Below, in pieces: positions 47,937-55,965 of a stretch of 55,965 nt of DNA. The notes beneath the pieces are model-generated. The model was given only the letters and a program-made list of their open reading frames with translations, ran no database searches and was not told the DNA's origin. Every line of letters starts with the position of its first letter. Position 1 is the stretch's first letter. Location: positions 1-55,965 of the IMG/VR virus record IMGVR_UViG_3300033149_001514; one strand, written 5' to 3'. The position numbers and the translations under genes were made by a program. This DNA comes from a virus. Its lineage: Duplodnaviria > Caudoviricetes.

Positions 47937-49100
47937 ATGGCTACACAATATGAGATACGAGTAAGAGATGCAAATGGAGCTATGGTCGGGCGATTGGGGC
48001 TTGGATTAGTTAATCCCAACGGGGATTTAATTCGACCGTTTCATTATGTCAAAGATTTGCAGACGGCGGGTATGCTTCGGTTTCGCTTAAATGGCTCGCA
48101 CCCTATTATTGACGAGTTTGAGAAGAACGGTCAGGTAGAGGTGTGGCGAAACGTAGACGGAGCAGGATGGTATCGAGATTTCATTGGCTTGTTGCTGGAT
48201 GATTATACCTATCTCCAAGATGATGAACTGAAATACGATGCTTACTTGCCCGGACATAAAATCATTCTTTCGTGGGCTATAAATGCATGGAGCGCAAGCA
48301 CCGCTAACAAGACTGTATTCTCTGCGGTTAAAGCAGAAACCATAATGAAAGCCTTGGTCACACACAATCTTACTTCTAGCGCCACGACAGGAAACGGCAG
48401 AAAGGTTACTTTTCAATGCCCTTACACAATACAGGTCGAAGCCGATGGGTCTGGTGGCAATACCCTGAATTGGAGTTGTGCTTGGAAGAATGTACTGACT
48501 GAATTAACTGCGCTTACCCAAGTTGGCGGGGGTGACTATGACCTCATAAGAGACCCCGACAGTGACGGGTCTTATACCAAGTTTGAGTTTCGTTTCTATT
48601 CCGGACAACGGGGAAGCGACCTTACCGATGAAGTTATCTTGGCAGTCTCCCGAGGAAACCTTACCGATGCCAATTACGCCCACAGAGGAAGTCAGGCAAA
48701 GACTTGCGTTATTGTAGGTGGTCAGGGAGAAAAAGATAACCGAGATATCGAGGTAAGAACCAGTGCCGAGGACGGGGCTTCTATGCACAGGGAAGCATTT
48801 CACAACGCAACTAATTATGAAAAAGGCGATACTGCTGGGCTACAGGACAGGGGAGACCAGTTCTTGGAAGACAATTCTGACGCAGAGGAATTTTCTTTTA
48901 AGGTTCTTGATGTGGCTAACGGCCGATACGGCATTGATTATTGCTACGACAGCGGAAGGAACGAAGGCATTTTGGGTGATTTGATAACGGTAATACGTCC
49001 GCACGACCAAGTAAGTGAGACGCATAAAGTGGAAGGCGTGACAGTTAGTGTCAATAATATGGCAGAAGAAAATATCATATTATCTACGGTGAGGCAATGA
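47937..49100 (+). CDS. Minor tail/hub protein (siphovirus Gp37-like)
   Basis: VIVGGQGEKDNR, RYGIDY...LGDLITV. Confidence 0.7.
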   Translation: MATQYEIRVRDANGAMVGRLGLGLVNPNGDLIRPFHYVKDLQTAGMLRFRLNGSHPIIDEFEKNGQVEVWRNVDGAGWYRDFIGLLLDDYTYLQDDELKYDAYLPGHKIILSWAINAWSASTANKTVFSAVKAETIMKALVTHNLTSSATTGNGRKVTFQCPYTIQVEADGSGGNTLNWSCAWKNVLTELTALTQVGGGDYDLIRDPDSDGSYTKFEFRFYSGQRGSDLTDEVILAVSRGNLTDANYAHRGSQAKTCVIVGGQGEKDNRDIEVRTSAEDGASMHREAFHNATNYEKGDTAGLQDRGDQFLEDNSDAEEFSFKVLDVANGRYGIDYCYDSGRNEGILGDLITVIRPHDQVSETHKVEGVTVSVNNMAEENIILSTVRQ

Positions 49101-49957
49101 GTACAGATGGAGTAACTAAAAAAACCGATTTGACTGCAAGAATATTGGGTCTTAACGATAGGCTTAGTCATATCGAAGCCTTGGAAAAATGGCCTGTCCT
49201 TGACGAGGATGATTTCGCTTCCGACAGTGACGCTCATCTGGCAACCCAGCAATCTATTAAATCGTATGTGGATAATCACGGGTGGACAGGAGACAAAACT
49301 ACCAACTTTACTTCCTCTGATGATTACGATGACATCAACCCCGCAATAGATGCTCTTGATAAATATATTCCACATGGCTACAAGCGCATTCTGCAGTTTG
49401 GGGATGGGATATATGCTCTTACGGGGCGAATCATAATATCTGGATTTTACGGGCCGGGAACACTAGCAATTTACGGAAATACTGGCGAGAGCGAAACCAC
49501 CTTGCATGCTAATCAGGCGGTAGATATTGATGCAGACGCTCTTTCAACGAACGCAATTTTTATAACTGAATGTGATTGTCCTATTGAAATTCATAATATA
49601 AAAATTAGGCATAATTCTAATTCTGGACATGCTGGCTTGTACGTTAATCATTGCTCAGCGAAAATCAGCGTTCTAGGGTGCTATGTAGATGGTGATGGCA
49701 CAGGGGCTGCGGGCGGCAATGGCTTCGAGTTCTTGTTTTGTCCATGGGTCTATGTCAGGGCTTGCTATGCTCATAATAATCGAACAGGAATTACCGCGGG
49801 GTACGGTACTTATCTCGTTTCTAGGAATAATGATGAATACAGCACAGCCCCTGCTTATGGGCTATATGCCACTGGTGGTGGTATAAAGAGAGTATCAACA
49901 CAGCCATCGGGTTCAACAGCGAACACAACTACTAATAACGGAGGCACGATAGACTAA
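49097..49957 (+). CDS. Tail spike-like beta-helix protein
   Basis: DEDDFASDSDAHLATQQSIKSYVD, FGDGIY, beta-helix periodicity. Confidence 0.6.
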   Translation: MSTDGVTKKTDLTARILGLNDRLSHIEALEKWPVLDEDDFASDSDAHLATQQSIKSYVDNHGWTGDKTTNFTSSDDYDDINPAIDALDKYIPHGYKRILQFGDGIYALTGRIIISGFYGPGTLAIYGNTGESETTLHANQAVDIDADALSTNAIFITECDCPIEIHNIKIRHNSNSGHAGLYVNHCSAKISVLGCYVDGDGTGAAGGNGFEFLFCPWVYVRACYAHNNRTGITAGYGTYLVSRNNDEYSTAPAYGLYATGGGIKRVSTQPSGSTANTTTNNGGTID

Positions 49958-50391
49958 TGAAGGCGACTTTTTTTCTATACGAAAAGGATTCCGGATTAGT
50001 AATTTATTTCAATGCCCTGCCACCCGAGAATGCCGATTATATCCGAACAGGCTTTACTATTCATGCTGACCGCAGAGCCAGTATAGAAAATGCTAACTGG
50101 AAAAAGATAGGGATTTGGGCTAACGAGGATGGAATTGAAGTCGATGAAGAACAGGATTATCTGTATAATGAAATATCAAATACACTAACAGCCAGCAATA
50201 TCACGACAGTTATACCTAATAATACCTATGAGAACATACGGACAAATATAGACTTGCTGAAAGACAGGCTGCGTCCATTAATAGGAATGAAATTTATGGA
50301 CTTAACTGATAAGGATAAGAATTGGTTATTCGCTTATATGATGTATCAGCAAGGCTACTTAGATGATGAAGGACGATTAAAAAATAAATAA
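49957..50391 (+). CDS. Hypothetical protein (possible fibre chaperone)
   Basis: TAATG-coupled to the spike gene. Confidence 0.55.
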   Translation: MKATFFLYEKDSGLVIYFNALPPENADYIRTGFTIHADRRASIENANWKKIGIWANEDGIEVDEEQDYLYNEISNTLTASNITTVIPNNTYENIRTNIDLLKDRLRPLIGMKFMDLTDKDKNWLFAYMMYQQGYLDDEGRLKNK

Positions 50392-50401
50392 TGGAGGATA
50401 C

Positions 50402-51235
50402 ATGGCTGAAATAGTAACTGGATTTGATAGCAGGTATTGGGATGGCATATTAACCGCAGAGAACCAAAAGACTTTTAAATTCTTTATGGGTAAGTTCTCG
50501 CAGGGCAAATGCTTCACCCCAAAAGAAGGCTGGAACTTGCTGTCTAATAACTGGAAAAGGACTCGTGATGTTTATAAAATACCAAGAGGCCCTTATCATT
50601 ACATGCTGTTTTCTCATCCTTGGTATGACCCCATTACCTACGGAAAGGAAAACGCACAAAATTTCTGGAACACCTGTCAGGAACACTTTGAAGGTGATAT
50701 CGGAGAGATACCACCTACTATTGATGTCGAAAGCCATTGGGCAGGCATGGTAGGAGGGGAGGGTAGGGTGGCAACTTTACGGGCTTGCCTAGAAGAAACC
50801 GAAAAGTTATTCGGGCGTGTTCCTCTAATTTATACCGCTCGATGGTATTGGGATAGATATATTGCCCCGTATACTGGTGATTGGCAATACTGGAAAGAGC
50901 ATGAGCTTTGGGAAGCAGACCCCCCGCCCGACACGCCGATTGCTGGCTGGGGTAATTCTTGTGCGATAAGACAAGTGGCTTTGGGTAAAGCATGGGCTGG
51001 CTTTAATACTACTATTGATGTCGATGAAGTAGAAGATACTTGGCTGGCTCAATACTGGAAACCGACACCGCCGTCCGATTGTACAGAAGCGGTAGAAAAA
51101 GCCCTTGAAGCCCAAGCCATAATATACGAAGCGGAAATTGCAAACCTGAAGGCAGAGAACGAAGCTCTGAAAACCAGTGAATATAATCAGGCTCTCAACG
51201 ATGTGATTGGCTTTTCGGAGAGTGCTAAAAGGTAG
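50402..51235 (+). CDS. Endolysin, GH25 muramidase
   Basis: GFDSRYW, GPYHY, IDVE catalytic motif, LIYT, LWEA, IDVD. Confidence 0.85.
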   Translation: MAEIVTGFDSRYWDGILTAENQKTFKFFMGKFSQGKCFTPKEGWNLLSNNWKRTRDVYKIPRGPYHYMLFSHPWYDPITYGKENAQNFWNTCQEHFEGDIGEIPPTIDVESHWAGMVGGEGRVATLRACLEETEKLFGRVPLIYTARWYWDRYIAPYTGDWQYWKEHELWEADPPPDTPIAGWGNSCAIRQVALGKAWAGFNTTIDVDEVEDTWLAQYWKPTPPSDCTEAVEKALEAQAIIYEAEIANLKAENEALKTSEYNQALNDVIGFSESAKR

Positions 51236-51243
51236 AAATAGCA

Positions 51244-51534
51244 ATGAATGTTCCTGTAAGGCTTGTCACGATGTTCTTGTGGATAGGTGTTCTTGTAATG
51301 CTTTTGGCATCCATACATGCTGACCCGATAAAACTACGCAAAGAACGTTTCTGGTATAGGGCTATTCTGGCTTCGTGGGTAATACACATGCTTTTCTTTT
51401 ACGGGGTCACTGTATGCACAAATCCTTCTCCCGGACTGTTTACTACTTGGTCTAACGCCCTTCGAATTCATGGTGGCATAGCGTTACTGCTTAAAGAAGT
51501 ATTAGCCTATCTACGAAACAGGATGGGAGCATAA
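51244..51534 (+). CDS. Membrane protein, holin candidate
   Basis: 2-3 TM segments; next to endolysin. Confidence 0.55.
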   Translation: MNVPVRLVTMFLWIGVLVMLLASIHADPIKLRKERFWYRAILASWVIHMLFFYGVTVCTNPSPGLFTTWSNALRIHGGIALLLKEVLAYLRNRMGA

Positions 51535-51885
51535 ATGGAAGCAAGTATATCGTTGGCGGTTGGTCTTGGTTCGGCATTTGCCTCTATAATTGCCGCCATT
51601 TTGACTTATCGAGCCACACAGAACAGACTCAAAGAAGAGCGAAAAGAAATAATGGCGGGAGCTGAAAAGGCTCTTGCGGAAGCAACGGAACAGACCCTCA
51701 AAAACTTTAGCCTTGCTCTGGAAAGGCTTGAAAAGGAATATGCCGTTGTATGTGATGAAAATACAGCTATGAAGAAATTCATAAATGCCCTGTATGCCGG
51801 GATAAGAAAATTAATAAAGCAACTTGAAGCCAAGGGAATAGAACCCGATTGGAGACCCCCGCCTATAAATGGGTGGAGACAATAG
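51535..51885 (+). CDS. Membrane-anchored coiled-coil protein (lysis cassette)
   Basis: N-terminal TM followed by coiled coil. Confidence 0.55.
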   Translation: MEASISLAVGLGSAFASIIAAILTYRATQNRLKEERKEIMAGAEKALAEATEQTLKNFSLALERLEKEYAVVCDENTAMKKFINALYAGIRKLIKQLEAKGIEPDWRPPPINGWRQ

Positions 51886-51984
51886 GCTCTTTCATCTTTG
51901 CCGAGTCTATGGTAATATTATTCTTGCCTAGTCATAGCGTGGGAAATAAGAACCCATATTAGACTGTAAGTAAAGGAGATACCC

Positions 51985-52395
51985 ATGAAAGTTATCAGAA
52001 AGTATTTTGTATTTTTAGTCATAGCGATTCTGCTGTTGTTCTCTCTGGCGTTTCAGGTCGAGGACACCAACCCTTGGCGTGGAATCTTTGAGTGGACAAT
52101 AGGTATCGTGCTTATGCTCTTGGGTGCGCCGATTACTCAATGGCTAAAAAATAAGTTGGGTATACAAGATAAGCTGGCGCTACTGCTAACCGGATTAGTT
52201 GCCGTAGTAATTGCTATTGCGGAATTGTTTCTGGCGAATGTACTTTCCTTTGAGAGCTTTACACTTGAGAACTTTCCGTTGGCTTTCAGTGCGGTTATGA
52301 CAGTTGCCACTTTCTATTATCACCTGTTGAAAAATACCGATACGGTATTAGGAAGTAAATTACTGCTTCCCAAGCCTTCGAAAAGGTCGCAATAA
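51985..52395 (+). CDS. Multi-pass membrane protein, holin candidate
   Basis: AAGGAG RBS; about four TM segments; ITQWLKN. Confidence 0.6.
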   Translation: MKVIRKYFVFLVIAILLLFSLAFQVEDTNPWRGIFEWTIGIVLMLLGAPITQWLKNKLGIQDKLALLLTGLVAVVIAIAELFLANVLSFESFTLENFPLAFSAVMTVATFYYHLLKNTDTVLGSKLLLPKPSKRSQ

Positions 52396-52417
52396 GACCT
52401 TTCCGGTTCTTCTCCAC

Positions 52418-52450
52418 ACAAAACCCCCTGCCAGCGCAGGGGGTTTTGTT
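52418..52450. terminator. Bidirectional intrinsic terminator
   Basis: ACAAAACCCCCTGC-CAGC-GCAGGGGGTTTTGT between convergent operons. Confidence 0.88.
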
Positions 52451-52548
52451 ATCAAATATCGTTTTTGCGGGGTTTTTGGAGATAAAAGGTGTGTTTTATA
52501 GGGTTGTTGCTACAAATCCCGCCTAACACGCTCTAACCATGTTGGTTC

Positions 52549-53148
52549 TTATCCCTTTCGTTCCTTTATAGCCTTATTGAGTTCCTGTAAGGCGTTGTCG
52601 AGGTGCTGTTCTTCTTTCTCGGTAATACCGCCCTGAAACTGGTCTTGGTTCTCAATTACTTTGCGTACAGCGTCACGCAAACGGGAGACCGCTTCTGTAA
52701 AAATTGGGCTTGCTGGCGGGTTTATTTGCCTTCTCAATTCAGCGGCTGTCCACCCGTTGTCAATGGCTTTCTGTTGCCACTTCCGTTGCTCGGCGGGGGG
52801 CAATGGGGCTACGACCTGTAAGTGTGAGAAAGACAAGTCTCCAATGCGGTCTTCATAAGCAACTCGCTTCATGGTGCTGGCGCAGTTGGCAACATGACCA
52901 TATGACTTTTCCCCGAACACGTTCAGGGCTTGTGAATATCTTTCCCCGAATGTGCCTTCCCCAATGTTTACCCAATCCCCAATACATTTAGCAAGGCTCT
53001 CGTCAATAAAAGCCAGTGCATAGCCAAGTTGCTCCCATTCTTCATAAGACGGCGGGGCTTCTATTTTCAACCCTTTCTCGGTGATTTGATACCAGTCGTT
53101 CTTCGTTTTGAGTGTGGGGTGTTCTGACGATACTATTTCCTTTGACAT
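52549..53148 (-). CDS. LmbU-like DNA-binding protein
   Basis: IGDWVNIGE..FGERY, LSFSHLQVVA, W..KA..NGWTAAELRRQI. Confidence 0.6.
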   Translation of the reverse strand: MSKEIVSSEHPTLKTKNDWYQITEKGLKIEAPPSYEEWEQLGYALAFIDESLAKCIGDWVNIGEGTFGERYSQALNVFGEKSYGHVANCASTMKRVAYEDRIGDLSFSHLQVVAPLPPAEQRKWQQKAIDNGWTAAELRRQINPPASPIFTEAVSRLRDAVRKVIENQDQFQGGITEKEEQHLDNALQELNKAIKERKG

Positions 53149-53251
53149 CTTTTTTCTTCCTTTGCGGTATATATCCGCAATATGAACATGGCTGGTCGGG
53201 GTAATATTGCCACCAATACAACCCGCATTGACATTTGATATTACGTAGCAT
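53042..53251 (-). CDS. Possible small zinc-binding protein
   Basis: CQCG...CSYCG; starts at the dnaC stop but overlaps the next gene by about 100 bp. Confidence 0.35.
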   Translation of the reverse strand: MLRNIKCQCGLYWWQYYPDQPCSYCGYIPQRKKKDVKGNSIVRTPHTQNEERLVSNHRERVENRSPAVL

Positions 53252-54106
53252 TTAATCATCCTTATAAGGTAACTTTAGTCTTAGGTCTTCACCCAATATA
53301 GGAATAATCTTTCCGGCAGAAAACCGAGATACGATTCCTTTCATGGGTTCTGCAATTTCTACTAACTCATCAGGTGTACGGTTGCTGACTGCAAAGGTGG
53401 TTAGTCCTTTCTGGAATCGGGTGTTTATAATATCGAAAAACTTCTCATCTACCCAACTTGTGAATTTTACCCTGTCCAACTCATCAATAGCCAATACCTT
53501 GACCCCTTCGTATTTCTTTTGAATTTTATGCTGGTCGTCCGTGTCGTAGCTTTCTCTTATGTCTGCTAGCATTTTGGCACTGGTCGTATACAGGGCATGA
53601 ATACCCCTCACCCGATAACCATTCACCAAAGCAAATAAGAGGTGCGTCTTGCCTGTGCCGTTATCCCCAACAAACAGGGCTGTTGCCACCGGAACATTCT
53701 GAATTAATTTATTAGCAAATAGCCATGCCTGTTCTTGTCCTTTTTTGGGTGAACCAAGCGCAACCGTCAATGCTGGTTGCCCGTCTAGTGTTAGCGTGTC
53801 CAAGCCACAGTTATATCGTAGCCAGTTGGATAAAGCGTCTGCGTTGCATACGGGGCATGGGGCTGAGATTAGTCTTGCCTTGGATTTAAAATCATCCCCG
53901 CCAGTGGTGGGGAAATACTTTTCGATTCCCTCTTTATGGTTTATTTCCCATGCAAAAAGCGTACCGCCATCAAGCTTTGTGCTGTTGCAATTCTGACAAG
54001 CTTTCTGTAATGGCTGGTCAAAGATTACTGGTATGAGTTGCCCTTCTCTAGGTGTTCCTTTTTTGTATAGATTGTCTATCCAGTGTGACGGGTATCTAAT
54101 GTCCAT
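53252..54106 (-). CDS. DnaC/IstB-like helicase loader
   Basis: CPVC, GDNGTGKT, LAIDEL, SN, SRF. Confidence 0.87.
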   Translation of the reverse strand: MDIRYPSHWIDNLYKKGTPREGQLIPVIFDQPLQKACQNCNSTKLDGGTLFAWEINHKEGIEKYFPTTGGDDFKSKARLISAPCPVCNADALSNWLRYNCGLDTLTLDGQPALTVALGSPKKGQEQAWLFANKLIQNVPVATALFVGDNGTGKTHLLFALVNGYRVRGIHALYTTSAKMLADIRESYDTDDQHKIQKKYEGVKVLAIDELDRVKFTSWVDEKFFDIINTRFQKGLTTFAVSNRTPDELVEIAEPMKGIVSRFSAGKIIPILGEDLRLKLPYKDD

Positions 54107-54118
54107 GCGTCCGTTCTC

Positions 54119-55003
54119 CTATTGATATTTCCGTAGGCTTGCCAAGATTGCTTCCTCTCGTTTCTTTCTGTTAGTCTCCCCCGCCCCATTTCCGTTGCGG
54201 TGGTACGCTAACTCGCTGGTAAAATTATTCAGCAACGATTTGGGGCTTGAAATTGTTAAACGGTCTTTCTTCATACGGTTTATAATTTTCCGGTTCAACT
54301 CCTTTACTAATTCTATGTCCTTTTGCAAAATTGCTGTTGAGGTTGGGTCTGGTTCTTGATTGTTGTCCAGCAGTCTTGCCATTATGGTCTGTTTTAGCAT
54401 TTGCTTAAACGGGTCTCGCCATAAAACATAAACGCCGCTTGGTTTATCGTTCCAATCGGGAGGTAATATATTGGTCTGTTCGCAAAAATGTTCTTCAAGT
54501 GTCTCGGCTACCGCATTGGGTAGTTTGAAGTTTTTCTTTTCAGTGGCGGGCGTAATTTTATTTAAACTTTTTTTAATAATACCATTATCTTTATTTTCTT
54601 TAATACTCCTTTGGTTTGCTAAAGTTTCTTTAGTGGTATTACTAAAATTTCTTGTGTTATCATCCTCGGCTATTACTAAAGATTCTTTAGTTGAAAGGTC
54701 GATAGCCATGTCTCTATTCAAGGAATATACAAAGCCTTTTCCTTTCTTTTTTCTGATAATTATTTCTCTGTCTAGGGCTTGGGCGAGAGCTTTAATAATA
54801 GTGGGCTGGGTGAGACCTGTTAGTTTTTCATATTGCTTTAAGGTTATGTCGGTTTCGTTGCGGTGATAGCCTTTTGTTAATCTTATTGTGACTTGAATCA
54901 CTACCCAAGTTGAGGGGGCTACTGTTGGTAATATGTGGTCTATTGCGTAATTGGAAACCTGCGTGTAGGGTACTTCTCTAAAAGGGTATACAGTGTTGTC
55001 CAT
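54119..55003 (-). CDS. Replication initiator (lambda O/replisome-organiser-like)
   Basis: YTQVSN, IRLTKGY, wHTH LTGLTQPTIIKAL; internal iterons; upstream of loader. Confidence 0.8.
   Translation of the reverse strand: MDNTVYPFREVPYTQVSNYAIDHILPTVAPSTWVVIQVTIRLTKGYHRNETDITLKQYEKLTGLTQPTIIKALAQALDREIIIRKKKGKGFVYSLNRDMAIDLSTKESLVIAEDDNTRNFSNTTKETLANQRSIKENKDNGIIKKSLNKITPATEKKNFKLPNAVAETLEEHFCEQTNILPPDWNDKPSGVYVLWRDPFKQMLKQTIMARLLDNNQEPDPTSTAILQKDIELVKELNRKIINRMKKDRLTISSPKSLLNNFTSELAYHRNGNGAGETNRKKREEAILASLRKYQ
54618..54691. repeat. Three 17-bp palindromic iterons, putative origin
   Basis: GCTAAAGTTTCTTTAGT, ACTAAAATTTCTTGTGT, ACTAAAGATTCTTTAGT next to an AT-rich tract at ~54530-54610. Confidence 0.65.
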
Positions 55004-55083
55004 CGTTCTCCATTTAACTAAGATTGGTATGGGTGAAATGTATTGTAATGGAAGGTCGCAGAAAATACAACAATCCCAACCTT

Positions 55084-55232
55084 AAAAATTCAGAGAACCG
55101 AGCGAGTGAGTTCTCGGTTCTCTAAAGGAGGAAATGAAAAGAAAGTTTGGGGCTGTCGCAAGAGAGTGGACGGCTCTCTTATAAATCGTTGGAGAACGGG
55201 GGGTTTTAATAAGCCCCTCGACAGCCCCAACT
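55084..55232 (-). ncRNA. Putative structured regulatory small RNA or leader
   Basis: Own promoter, 12-bp closing stem, two inner hairpins, terminal 11-bp hairpin plus U run. Confidence 0.55.
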
Positions 55233-55238
55233 ATTAGA

Positions 55239-55267
55239 AGTATAGACTAACAGCACCTATTTGGCAA
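55239..55267 (-). promoter_or_regulatory. Sigma70-type promoter for the sRNA/replication operon
   Basis: TTGCCA-17 bp-TATACT on the minus strand. Confidence 0.72.
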
Positions 55268-55300
55268 GAGCAAAGCTTAAAATTTTCCGCACCCCCTAAA

Positions 55301-55345
55301 AGTGTGGTATAATATAGGTTGGACAGTATAAAAGGAGAGAACGGT
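55301..55345 (+). promoter_or_regulatory. Divergent extended -10 promoter plus conserved leader
   Basis: GTGGTATAATA-TA-GGTTGGACA...GAGAACGG; matches 2361-2402. Confidence 0.6.
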
Positions 55346-55567
55346 ATGGGCATACAGCGTATGAAAGATTTAGCAAGGCGTGAAGCCAAGAGGGCAAAGC
55401 TCATCAAGGCGTGTAACGAAAAGCACTCGCTTGTTGATGAATGCCCCGACCCGATGGACAACCGCCGAACCTTAAGAAAGTACCACGAAGAAGCATTTGG
55501 CAAAGTGCTTTATCCATGCGAGAAGTGTGGGTGCTATGCTTACAGAAAGGATGGTGACAATGAGTAA
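55346..55567 (+). CDS. Small zinc-ribbon protein
   Basis: AAGGAG RBS; CEKCG. Confidence 0.6.
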   Translation: MGIQRMKDLARREAKRAKLIKACNEKHSLVDECPDPMDNRRTLRKYHEEAFGKVLYPCEKCGCYAYRKDGDNE

Positions 55568-55766
55568 GATGTGGGAAGTGGAAGTGCCAGCCAAAGACCT
55601 AGAATCTAATGACGTATTCTACCGAAACAATTTTAAATTTATAGTACGGGAGGTGAAACCAGACAAGCACTTTATAACAGCAACGTGCATAAGCCCCGCA
55701 TTAGGCAAGGAGGTTAACGTACATATTAATAAAGACGCAACTGTAACTGTTGAACGATTTGCTTAG
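55560..55766 (+). CDS. Hypothetical protein
   Basis: Overlapping operon packing. Confidence 0.55.
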   Translation: MSKMWEVEVPAKDLESNDVFYRNNFKFIVREVKPDKHFITATCISPALGKEVNVHINKDATVTVERFA

Positions 55767-55779
55767 AAAGGAGTGAAAA

Positions 55780-55941
55780 ATGAAAGGATTGAAACCCGCA
55801 GGATATTTTATATTTATGGTGGCATTTGGGTTCTGGACAAAAGCCCAAGCAGAAAGCGTGCTGGTCGCTTTTCTAATTACCCTGACCGTTGGCTTGGTGC
55901 TGGGGTATGCGCTGGTAAAGGATTTAGAATATGGTGGCTAG
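55780..55941 (+). CDS. Small membrane protein (53 aa, not in ORF track)
   Basis: AAAGGAG RBS; two hydrophobic segments. Confidence 0.55.
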   Translation: MKGLKPAGYFIFMVAFGFWTKAQAESVLVAFLITLTVGLVLGYALVKDLEYGG

Positions 55942-55965
55942 CAGGCGGTTTAGCATTGTGGTATT

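Larger units (their letters stand above)
1..55965. mobile_element. Tailed dsDNA bacteriophage genome (siphovirus-like), near complete
   Basis: Terminase, portal, capsid, tail tube, tape measure, lysin and replication genes all present; no host housekeeping context; both window ends fall in + strand small-gene clusters. Confidence 0.95.

Noticed and set aside
45546-49957. Diversity-generating retroelement acting on tail fibres
   Set aside because: No reverse transcriptase; the fibre repeat differs at all four bases, not only adenines
52381-52417. Hairpin plus TTCTTCTCC before the terminator as another anti-SD RNA
   Set aside because: No promoter and no exact multi-target complement found; too weak to report
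1005-54866. Numerous opposite-strand or nested ORFs in the track (e.g. 43220-44107, 32407-33030, 46509-47060)
   Set aside because: Shadows of well-supported genes; no RBS or motifs
55134-55184. 16-aa + strand ORF with AAGGAGG RBS (MKRKFGAVAREWTALL)
   Set aside because: No + strand promoter seen upstream; better explained as the complement of the anti-SD tail of the minus-strand RNA, though not excluded
1-55965. Stop-codon reassignment or integrated prophage
   Set aside because: Genes are intact in code 11 using all three stops; no integrase, att site or host flank was recognised

Overview
The window is a near-complete genome of a tailed dsDNA phage with siphovirus-type genes, about 56 kb, read in genetic code 11 and probably circularly permuted. 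No integrase, DNA polymerase, tRNA or CRISPR array was recognised. Layout: small membrane genes and host-like sbcD/sbcC (1-7.5 kb); a repeat-rich non-coding block, an operon of small early genes and a second non-coding block (7.5-13.6 kb); HNH, HTH and RecU genes; a 7-deazaguanine DNA-modification operon (16.5-24.4 kb) running directly into terS/terL; portal, head and tail genes interrupted by two glycosyltransferase/sulfotransferase-like cassettes; a GH25 lysis cassette; and a minus-strand replication operon (initiator, DnaC-like loader). Main candidates for new biology: (1) the deazaguanine operon carries extra tailoring enzymes (two additional radical-SAM proteins, a methyltransferase, a HAD phosphatase and a second QueC), suggesting an undescribed hypermodified base; (2) a probable virion glycosylation plus sulfation/methylation system; (3) a structured ~150-nt RNA with its own promoter and terminator, in front of the replication operon, whose unpaired segments are complementary to the leaders of several phage genes; (4) local GA/TC depletion in the early region and near-absence of GATC genome-wide. 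All protein calls come from motif recognition by eye, all counts are manual, and no database search was run.
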